This document shows, one piece after another, positions 37,610-44,566 of a stretch of 44,730 nucleotides of DNA (positions are counted from its first letter, which is position 1; the number at the start of each line of letters is the position of its first letter). Source of the stretch: a virus. Under the pieces are notes generated by a model that was not told the origin of the DNA, did no database searches, and saw nothing but the letters and a program-made list of their open reading frames with translations. The position numbers and the translations under genes are program-made. The stretch lies in the IMG/VR virus record IMGVR_UViG_3300043171_000105; one strand, written 5' to 3'.

Positions 37610-37819
37610 TTACTGACCTAGCAATGTTTTCTGTGCAGTAGCTCCACCGTCTTGAATGCCACGTGAACCTGTCAGAATGGTACTTCGACCGCCCCCGGTA
37701 GCAGCACGACGACGACGTACATCACGATCACCCCCGACAGCTGCGCCTACATCAGGTGCAACAGGTGCTTCTGGTACCGCCGGTGGTGGTGCAGGTGCTG
37801 ATGGTGATGATGTGCACAT
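37610..37819 (-). CDS. Small Pro/Ala-rich, Arg-cluster protein (69 aa)
   Basis: ORF track. The ending RRRRAATGGGRSTILTG...KTLLGQ is of a type I recall from small podovirus proteins. Confidence 0.55.
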   Translation of the reverse strand: MCTSSPSAPAPPPAVPEAPVAPDVGAAVGGDRDVRRRRAATGGGRSTILTGSRGIQDGGATAQKTLLGQ

Positions 37820-37861
37820 ATCGTTTATCCTCAGTTGATTAAATCAATGGGTTATAGCATA

Positions 37862-39418
37862 TCACATGTCAGCCAGCGGGTCATAGTCTGCGTTGTTATT
37901 ATCACGCAGCGGCAGTGCTGCATCGAGATGACCGCGTACAAAGTCTAGTTTAGGTACATGCTGCGCGAATGTCAGGTACAGTGCATCAGCCCAGTCTGGT
38001 GAGCATTTGATGCGTTTCTTCATGTCCTTCTTTTTCTCAAGCACAAGTCGATCTCTGTCATCATGCCAGAACTCACGAGCAACCAGTTCATTCTCAAGTT
38101 GAATGTCATCATAAATCGCACCACCTTTCATCAACCATTCTCTGCATCGGGCACCCATTTCAGCTGTTTTACTGGAATACAGCTTCTCATCATCAGCTTT
38201 ATGCCCGAAACCAATGTCAATGACATGATAGCCAAGCTGACGCAACCTATCACCGATGGGTCCACCAATACCAGTGACATCCAGGAACGTGACATCAGGC
38301 TTATGTCGATCAAGTATCATGGTGACGAGTGACACAACCTTCATGCTGTCACGTGACTTCTCACCGGGTATCCTGTACACCTTCTCAGACTTAGCATCCT
38401 TACCACGTCTGAACTGAATCATGCAGTTATCTTCACCACCTCGTGCGACATCGATGCCACAGATGAGTGGATCATCACCGAGATAGATACCCGGGCCACG
38501 CTTCATGGCATTGAATACATCATCGCCAGGGATGAACTGCATATCGCCTGCACGTGGAAACTTACCCAGCACACGTACTCTGAAGAAGTCAGAATCTTCA
38601 CCCCAGTCTTGCCGCCACTGCTCGATGAGCTTCTTATTGGTCATCTTGGCTGTGCGACTATCTACCTGTCGCTTGTGCCAGCGCGACCCGGCACCCAGCA
38701 TCGTGAAGCAGTCTTTGAATTTACCGGTATTACGTGTAGGGTTACCAAACACAAAGAACATCGGCTCACCGTCAGTCAAACCACCTTCAGCAACCTCCCA
38801 TATCTTGTCAGGCACCGCACTGGCTTCATCAAATATGTAGAATGGTGTTGAGCTGGCTGAATGGAGTCCAGCGAATGCTTCAGAGTTCTCTTCACGGCAC
38901 GTCTGAGCATCAGCACGCCATGACTCAGGCCACGACTTATGATACAGCGACATCGAGCCGCGACCATTATTGTATTCAAACCAATGACCTACAATGCAGC
39001 GAGTGCGCCATTTACCAAGCTCACCCCATGTCTTTGTGCGTAATTGATCAGATGTGTTAGCTGTGATAATGCCTTTCGAATATGGCCTGGTGGACATGAT
39101 CCATAAGATGATCCATGCAGTGATTGCTGACTTACCGATGCCATGACCTGATGCCGTAGATTCACGAATAGGGTCAACAGGTGCAACACCATCAAAACCA
39201 CGATCAATAACCTGCTTACCGACATCAATGAGCATCTCACTCTGCCACTTATCAGGACCATCGAACCCTTCAAGCTCACCATGCCCCCAGTCGAACGCCC
39301 ACATGACCCAGCCAAGAGGGTCAGCATAATACTCAGAACATTCATCAGCTAGAAGTAAATCGATTTGACCAGGTAGATAATCACCTGATGATGTCATTGC
39401 TGATTTTACGGTTGCCAC
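37862..39418 (-). CDS. terL: Terminase large subunit
   Basis: 518 aa. ATPase P-loop-like SGHGIGKS and an acidic FIFDEAS Walker B. C-terminal nuclease-like half. Adjacent to terS. Confidence 0.85.
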   Translation of the reverse strand: MATVKSAMTSSGDYLPGQIDLLLADECSEYYADPLGWVMWAFDWGHGELEGFDGPDKWQSEMLIDVGKQVIDRGFDGVAPVDPIRESTASGHGIGKSAITAWIILWIMSTRPYSKGIITANTSDQLRTKTWGELGKWRTRCIVGHWFEYNNGRGSMSLYHKSWPESWRADAQTCREENSEAFAGLHSASSTPFYIFDEASAVPDKIWEVAEGGLTDGEPMFFVFGNPTRNTGKFKDCFTMLGAGSRWHKRQVDSRTAKMTNKKLIEQWRQDWGEDSDFFRVRVLGKFPRAGDMQFIPGDDVFNAMKRGPGIYLGDDPLICGIDVARGGEDNCMIQFRRGKDAKSEKVYRIPGEKSRDSMKVVSLVTMILDRHKPDVTFLDVTGIGGPIGDRLRQLGYHVIDIGFGHKADDEKLYSSKTAEMGARCREWLMKGGAIYDDIQLENELVAREFWHDDRDRLVLEKKKDMKKRIKCSPDWADALYLTFAQHVPKLDFVRGHLDAALPLRDNNNADYDPLADM

Positions 39419-39449
39419 ATTATCACCTGTGTATGAATTTAAAGCCTCC

Positions 39450-39496
39450 CTGCAACACGCATTGACGGTGACGGATCAATGGTAGTCGTGTTGCAG
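39450..39496 (-). promoter_or_regulatory. Strong stem-loop in the terS-terL intergenic region
   Basis: CTGCAACACG (39450-39459) pairs with CGTGTTGCAG (39487-39496). An inner CATTGA/TCAATG stem (39460-65 / 39476-81) extends it. Confidence 0.6.
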
Positions 39497-39525
39497 AGTG
39501 CTAGGTGCATAGATTAACAAAGAAA

Positions 39526-39975
39526 TCAAAGGAATGAAACAGTGTCATCATCCTTTTTATCACCTTTATTCAATCGCTTGCGACCACGTAACAGTCGTTC
39601 CATGATCTCATGATCACTGCTGACCTCGACCTTCTCAGCTGCCAGTGCATCGACGAATGTATGTTTAGCTACCAGGTTAAGTGCTGTGTTACTTGCAGTG
39701 ATGTTCCCCGTCTGCCGGGCAATCAGATGATTGTCCACTGCTTCCATCAGCACCCACTCAGCATCAATGTGACTGGCATCAAGCCTGCTCATCAGAACGC
39801 GCTGGATCGCTTTCTCGACCTCATCTACCTTCAGGATACCGTAACCACTGTCAGGCTCAAACCCTGAAGCCTGAGCCGCACGACGTGCGTTGAAGTCTTT
39901 GCAGTATTCAATGACGAAATTGATATACTTAGACTTCAACCCGGTCAAGTCTGATTCTGTGATTCTACAAGGCAT
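39526..39975 (-). CDS. terS: Terminase small subunit
   Basis: 149 aa. YINFVIEYCKDFNARRAAQASGF matches the N-terminal HTH signature of Terminase_2-type small subunits. Confidence 0.8.
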   Translation of the reverse strand: MPCRITESDLTGLKSKYINFVIEYCKDFNARRAAQASGFEPDSGYGILKVDEVEKAIQRVLMSRLDASHIDAEWVLMEAVDNHLIARQTGNITASNTALNLVAKHTFVDALAAEKVEVSSDHEIMERLLRGRKRLNKGDKKDDDTVSFL

Positions 39976-40021
39976 GGTTTACCAAATATCAACTAGTTAC
40001 GTGTGAGTGTATCACAATTAG

Positions 40022-40291
40022 TCACGCATCAAAATGCTTTACCATACCGTCGCGCTCTCTAAAATAATTCAAAGTGTTAACTCTCTTCTCTCTGTCCTGC
40101 TGATATAGATCAGGTTCGCAGCACGAGAAATCAGGGCAGCACTCATCGTCAATTTTATTGTGTTCGCTTTTACCATTAACCCATTTTTCAACTTGCTTAA
40201 AAAACCTTTGCTTATATCTGGCAGTGGCTCCGCAGGTACAGTTATCCTCTGGTACTTTTTGTTTATCGCAACTCATCATGTGATGTGGCAT
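40022..40291 (-). CDS. Hypothetical Cys-rich protein (89 aa), first gene of the late block
   Basis: ORF track. CTC, CCPDFSCC cysteine clusters. Confidence 0.6.
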   Translation of the reverse strand: MPHHMMSCDKQKVPEDNCTCGATARYKQRFFKQVEKWVNGKSEHNKIDDECCPDFSCCEPDLYQQDREKRVNTLNYFRERDGMVKHFDA

Positions 40292-40328
40292 GGTTGATCA
40301 CCGTCCTAAATTAGTTTCATTCACCACT

Positions 40329-40337
40329 GAGTATATC
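40329..40337 (-). promoter_or_regulatory. Extended -10 promoter candidate for the leftward late block
   Basis: The minus strand reads TGATATACT, about 38 nt upstream of ATG 40291. Confidence 0.4.
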
Positions 40338-40864
40338 ACGTCATCAACACAGCTTCAGGTGAATGTGACACACTGTTACCCAGCATCTCAGACCAACATT
40401 CTAAGCGTCATTCACCGTGGAAGCCCACGACTACCCCGTACACCCTATACCTTGTTTCGGGTCTCAACCTTAGCGTTTCGCAATGTCCGAAAAATCCTAC
40501 CCAGCGACTTGTGAAAAAAAGAAGGAGGGTGCTTGTTTGAGCACTTTCACCAGATATATCATAGAGTTACAACAAGCATCTATCCATTAGTAGGTATATG
40601 TGATATAAATGTTTTACCTTTGAGATCAATGACTTATAACAACAATTGAAAGTGTTTAGGTTGTTCACAGGGTAGTCGTCGGTTTTTTCCTGTTATAGAT
40701 CAACTAGTTACCCCTCAACATCTCTAACGAGTGTTAAGAACCACACTGCACCACAACACCAGATATCACCACTCACAGCAACAACTGGTTACTTTTTGTA
40801 CAATGACGCGGAAAATGTCAATTGAATATTGAATAATGACCCTACAGAAAAAGTGCGTCATCTC

Positions 40865-40897
40865 TGCACACACCCTTGCCGATTTAGGGTGTGTGCA
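40865..40897. promoter_or_regulatory. 12-bp perfect hairpin in the control region
   Basis: TGCACACACCCT, 9-nt loop, AGGGTGTGTGCA. It is flanked by CGTCA repeats. Confidence 0.5.
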
Positions 40898-40949
40898 AAA
40901 TCCACGTCATGACGCTCAGAATGTTTTTACATTGATTTACAATAAATAG

Positions 40950-40978
40950 TTGACACGTGTGTAACATTGTGAAACAAT
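40950..40978 (+). promoter_or_regulatory. Sigma70-type early promoter
   Basis: TTGACA, 17 nt, AACAAT, with TG at the extended -10 position. About 30 nt upstream of the first early gene. Confidence 0.55.
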
Positions 40979-41010
40979 CTGATTAACAGTTAATTAACGA
41001 GGTGATGACT

Positions 41011-41298
41011 ATGTTGAATAATGTGATACGTGAAACTATAAGGAAGTTGGTTATTGATGGGCACAGTGCAGAAATAAGAGCACTTCTATTGAATAGTAAT
41101 CAACTTGATCTCGTTGCGCGTGTCAAGAGAGTTGATACACTAAGAGCCAGTCTACTTTCTCACAGTGACGGTGTTTCTATCCAGAATGCGAGTTCTAAGT
41201 TGAACAGACTTTATTCAACTGGGTATTTGAAAAGAACTGAAACAAGTGCAGACAGTGGCGGGTTAGAGTATTTCTATTCGATTGCTGAAAATAATTAA
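41011..41298 (+). CDS. Winged-helix (MarR/ArsR-like) DNA-binding protein
   Basis: GVSIQNASSKLNRLYSTGYLKR recognition-helix-like segment. GAGGTGA Shine-Dalgarno before ATG 41011 (the track starts at GTG 41002). Confidence 0.55.
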   Translation: MLNNVIRETIRKLVIDGHSAEIRALLLNSNQLDLVARVKRVDTLRASLLSHSDGVSIQNASSKLNRLYSTGYLKRTETSADSGGLEYFYSIAENN

Positions 41299-41319
41299 TC
41301 AACACAGAAGGTGACAACA

Positions 41320-41811
41320 ATGAACAACATTAAAATAGTACCCAACCTGCAACCCTGGGAAGTGATGAAGCGTGCCAGTGAGGGTGAGTCGGTGGCTTTA
41401 TGTATATCCCCGCCTCATGCCGATGTTAAATGGGAGAGTGTCGAGGATGTCAGTTGGAATTGGGGGGAGTTTATCTACGCCATCATCGACACCACTGCAC
41501 CAGAGATAGACTGGAGCGGGTTCGACTTTGATTTCTTTAATCAGTATGGTGGGCTAGGCACATCAAGCGTTGCTGATTCAAGCAGGAAGTATGTAACGAA
41601 GTCAGAACCGCTATCACCTGAGGTAATAAAGATCCGCGAATCCCCCTTCTACTACTGGCCCGGCGGCGACAAAGCACCTGTGCCTGATAATGTAGAGGTT
41701 GAAGTTATCATGCGCAGCGGTACCGATGGTACTGTAGGTGAAGCGCACTATTTCAAATGGGGCAACCACACCAGCATCATCGCCTTCAGAATCACAGGCA
41801 ATGTGTCATGA
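41320..41811 (+). CDS. Hypothetical early protein
   Basis: AAGGTGA Shine-Dalgarno then ATG 41320 (the track starts at GTG 41311). Confidence 0.65.
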   Translation: MNNIKIVPNLQPWEVMKRASEGESVALCISPPHADVKWESVEDVSWNWGEFIYAIIDTTAPEIDWSGFDFDFFNQYGGLGTSSVADSSRKYVTKSEPLSPEVIKIRESPFYYWPGGDKAPVPDNVEVEVIMRSGTDGTVGEAHYFKWGNHTSIIAFRITGNVS

Positions 41812-42164
41812 TCACATTCACTGAAGAAGAAATCAGAACCATGTCAACTGCGCGACTGAAGATAATTGTTCAACCATTCTTTCACGCATATCACACAGCA
41901 ACGCAGATCCTCGTTCGTTGGGAGCTGCTTCATCGTGAGCACGTTCAACATATGATACCAAGGATGATATTTGCCAGCGGTGCCGTGGGATGTTTTAAGG
42001 CCGGTGTGAGTGACAGACGATTCATTGCTGTAGATTCAGCTAGTGAACCTGACTCATCAGTTTGCGTATGCCCCAGTTGTTGCACGGTTCAAATAATGAT
42101 TGGTCCAGAGTATAAGTGTAACGAGTGTAATTACCCTCTAATAGATGAGGAACTAGAATCATGA
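41808..42164 (+). CDS. Early protein with a shared N-terminal domain plus a C-terminal Zn ribbon
   Basis: ATGA overlap at 41808. LKIIVQPFFHAYHTATQ. CVCPSCC...CNEC. Confidence 0.65.
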   Translation: MITFTEEEIRTMSTARLKIIVQPFFHAYHTATQILVRWELLHREHVQHMIPRMIFASGAVGCFKAGVSDRRFIAVDSASEPDSSVCVCPSCCTVQIMIGPEYKCNECNYPLIDEELES

Positions 42165-42352
42165 AACGCTACAATGAATCAGAGCTGATTGATAAGATCA
42201 TCGACTGCATGGATCGCAGCGATCAACTCAGCGACTGGGAGCGCGGGTTCATGTCAACCTGCCTCGATACCACCGACAAGCACATCATGCTGTCACAGGA
42301 ACAGCGTGATATTATCCATACAACGTACAACAGGGTGACTGCTGATGAGTAA
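42161..42352 (+). CDS. Hypothetical early protein (63 aa)
   Basis: ORF track; ATGA coupling. Confidence 0.6.
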   Translation: MKRYNESELIDKIIDCMDRSDQLSDWERGFMSTCLDTTDKHIMLSQEQRDIIHTTYNRVTADE

Positions 42353-42566
42353 ATACACTGAAGCTGAGATTAAAAAGTTACCAACACCACTGCTGAAGAT
42401 AATCGTTCAACCGTTCTTCAGTGCTTATCTCACAGCGACACAGGTGATGGCAGGTTGGGAATTGTATAACAGACAGTTGCCAAAACGACCCCCTATGGTC
42501 AGTGACCGCTTGATTAAAATGACACTCAACAGCAAGTATGGTGTTTTCGGTGGTGATCAATCATGA
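42345..42566 (+). CDS. Early protein, paralogue of the N-terminal domain of 41808-42164
   Basis: LKIIVQPFFSAYLTATQ. The shared segment is similar at the nucleotide level too. Confidence 0.65.
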   Translation: MSKYTEAEIKKLPTPLLKIIVQPFFSAYLTATQVMAGWELYNRQLPKRPPMVSDRLIKMTLNSKYGVFGGDQS

Positions 42567-42853
42567 GTAAATCAATGCTGGATAAGATACGTCAGGCGCG
42601 TGCTGAGTTCATCCCAGCCAAAGGCACCTTCCCGACCACCATCTACATGACTGAGTCAGAGATGAAGCAGCTCAGAAGCGAGATGAAAGCTCATCAGATC
42701 TGCACACGCAGGCGTGACTTGAAACAGCGTATGCGTCCTGACCTGTTGCCACCACTGCAACGAGTACCACCGATCCATGCTGGGTGTATGATACTCGGTA
42801 TGACGATCGCTGAGACTGATACACCGGGGCTGCATCTGGAGCGTCAGTCATGA
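42563..42853 (+). CDS. Hypothetical early protein (96 aa)
   Basis: ORF track; ATGA coupling. Confidence 0.6.
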   Translation: MSKSMLDKIRQARAEFIPAKGTFPTTIYMTESEMKQLRSEMKAHQICTRRRDLKQRMRPDLLPPLQRVPPIHAGCMILGMTIAETDTPGLHLERQS

Positions 42854-43029
42854 GCACCCGCATATCACCAGCTCAACGCAACGTGCTGCACAGCCTGACG
42901 GTCAACCTGCTGAAGTGGGACTCTGACCTCACTGAGTTCCAAAGGAAGCCTTACATAGCGTTACAGAGTAAAGGTTTGATTAAACTGACCACTGATGATA
43001 ATGGTCATAATTACTGGGAGTTGGTGTGA
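42850..43029 (+). CDS. Small ORF (59 aa), possible wHTH, absent from the track
   Basis: My own translation: MSTRISPAQRNVLHSLTVNLLKWDSDLTEFQRKPYIALQSKGLIKLTTDDNGHNYWELV. Start and stop overlaps on both sides. Confidence 0.55.
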   Translation: MSTRISPAQRNVLHSLTVNLLKWDSDLTEFQRKPYIALQSKGLIKLTTDDNGHNYWELV

Positions 43030-43484
43030 TGAGTGAAACAGGAATGAAGTTGACGATAGTAAAAAGCTATCTTCACGGAATAGCAACGCAATTAAATCTT
43101 GATCCTTATGGTTATCAGTCCTGGGATTTATTAGCAGATGGGATCGGACATTCTATTTATGAACGGCATCAGGAAGCCCAAGCATTGAAGGCAATGGTGA
43201 ATGAGTTGCGTGAATCGCTCGACGATATTACGGAGTGCGGAGCTACTGGTGAGGATACGGATGTAATGCGCGATTATGCCAAAGACGCTCTAGCCAAAAC
43301 CCCACAACAAGCCCTGGCCTCGCATAATGCAGGGATAGAGGAAGAGGTTATTGCTGACTTGTTAGAGAAGCTGAAAGACTATCTCGAAGAGCCAGCATGG
43401 AATCATTTAGAACACGCCACTAGAACAGTGGCCCGCAAATACCAATCGCCCACCAATGAAGACCAAATTGGTAGCAACTCATGA
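43029..43484 (+). CDS. Hypothetical early protein (151 aa)
   Basis: ORF track, with ATG 43029. Confidence 0.65.
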   Translation: MSETGMKLTIVKSYLHGIATQLNLDPYGYQSWDLLADGIGHSIYERHQEAQALKAMVNELRESLDDITECGATGEDTDVMRDYAKDALAKTPQQALASHNAGIEEEVIADLLEKLKDYLEEPAWNHLEHATRTVARKYQSPTNEDQIGSNS

Positions 43485-43651
43485 ACCGCAACACAGCAGC
43501 AGCGAATAAAATATTGTACGGGCGCAGTACCAGAGCACCGACAGTATTCCGTGAACCTAAAGTCTCACCCGAGCAGAAAGCCAAACGCGACCAGATCGAA
43601 GAGATCAAGTTTAAGATGAACAACCCGTCTGATAAAGACCCACTTTTGTAA
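43481..43651 (+). CDS. Small basic ORF (56 aa), absent from the track
   Basis: My own translation: MNRNTAAANKILYGRSTRAPTVFREPKVSPEQKAKRDQIEEIKFKMNNPSDKDPLL. ATGA overlap at the start. Confidence 0.5.
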   Translation: MNRNTAAANKILYGRSTRAPTVFREPKVSPEQKAKRDQIEEIKFKMNNPSDKDPLL

Positions 43652-43662
43652 GGAGAGTGACA

Positions 43663-43884
43663 ATGAATAACGACCAAGATCTTGAGAAAGCTGTAGCGCA
43701 ATTATTGAGAAATTTAGTTTTCAATGAAGACGCAGTTCAATTTGGCAAATTAGCCAAAGAAATAATGGTAATTGTCCGTGAGCGCGATAGAGAATTGTTA
43801 CACATTGCTTACGGACAATTACAGCAAAGTTCAACCGCTTATGATAGTGGCTGCAATATTATTCGGCAGATATTAGGAGAGTGA
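43663..43884 (+). CDS. Hypothetical early protein (73 aa)
   Basis: AGGAGAGTGACAATG initiation region. Confidence 0.6.
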   Translation: MNNDQDLEKAVAQLLRNLVFNEDAVQFGKLAKEIMVIVRERDRELLHIAYGQLQQSSTAYDSGCNIIRQILGE

Positions 43885-43886
43885 CA

Positions 43887-44090
43887 ATGAATCCATCATG
43901 CTTTAAAAAGAAACTCGACAGTGAAGCCTGTAACCACAGTTACCCTGTGTCAGATGAATGCTACCGGGATGAAACCATCAACTCAGCAGCACGTCACGCA
44001 GGTAAACTGTATCTCAAGAACAAGGTGATGAGACTCACTGACTTCGGTACAGTGCTGTGCTTCGTATCACCCGGGAGAATGTCATTATGA
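43887..44090 (+). CDS. Hypothetical early protein (67 aa)
   Basis: The identical AGGAGAGTGACAATGAAT initiation region. Confidence 0.6.
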   Translation: MNPSCFKKKLDSEACNHSYPVSDECYRDETINSAARHAGKLYLKNKVMRLTDFGTVLCFVSPGRMSL

Positions 44091-44200
44091 ACTGGTACAG
44101 GTTACTCTGTTTGACTCTGATGATCGCTTCGGGGGTGTTTGTTGTTTATCTACTCAGCATCACAGTCGATATTGTGAAATTAATCGGAGAGGTGTTATGA
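44087..44200 (+). CDS. Micro-ORF encoding a single-pass membrane peptide (37 aa)
   Basis: My own translation: MNWYRLLCLTLMIASGVFVVYLLSITVDIVKLIGEVL. ATGA coupling at both ends. Confidence 0.45.
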   Translation: MNWYRLLCLTLMIASGVFVVYLLSITVDIVKLIGEVL

Positions 44201-44319
44201 AAAAACTATCACTAAACAAAGACCTGCCCATCGCACTATCAGCGGTGCCACCCGGCTGCACTGTAACCCGGTGCATTCGCATCAACATGGTGTGGCGTGT
44301 GTGGTTCCGTCATGACTGA
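44197..44319 (+). CDS. Micro-ORF (40 aa)
   Basis: My own translation: MKKLSLNKDLPIALSAVPPGCTVTRCIRINMVWRVWFRHD. It fills the gap between coupled genes. Confidence 0.35.
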   Translation: MKKLSLNKDLPIALSAVPPGCTVTRCIRINMVWRVWFRHD

Positions 44320-44566
44320 ATATCATTGTGTTAATAGCTGCAATAAATGCGGCGGTAAAAACGACGTAGGTCAGACGGACAGTATTGAAACCGGAAACAT
44401 GGAGGTGAAGCAAGCAGGTCGAAATGTAACCACGATTTATAGCGAGGGTAAAATGTGCGAAGCAAGAACAAAATGCACAGTTTGTGGGCATGAGGATTAC
44501 TGGGCTTATGGGTTCTTTGAGTCTATGCAGCACATAGAGAGTAAATGTGAAAAATACTCATTCTGA
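44312..44566 (+). CDS. Small Zn-ribbon protein (84 aa)
   Basis: CVNSCNKCGG...CTVCGHEDY, two CxxC pairs. ATG 44312 preferred to GTG 44297. Confidence 0.6.
   Translation: MTEYHCVNSCNKCGGKNDVGQTDSIETGNMEVKQAGRNVTTIYSEGKMCEARTKCTVCGHEDYWAYGFFESMQHIESKCEKYSF

Noticed and set aside
40290-40514. 74-aa plus-strand ORF in the control region
   Set aside because: It starts inside the start codon region of the divergent late gene, has no Shine-Dalgarno and a Ser/Thr/Pro-rich low-quality composition. The region is better explained as regulatory DNA.
40514-40544. Hairpin GTGCT/AGCAC plus A7/T7 run as a firm minus-strand terminator
   Set aside because: The stem is only 5 bp and the T-run starts 8 nt after it. 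It is mentioned only as a possible end for a speculative ncRNA.
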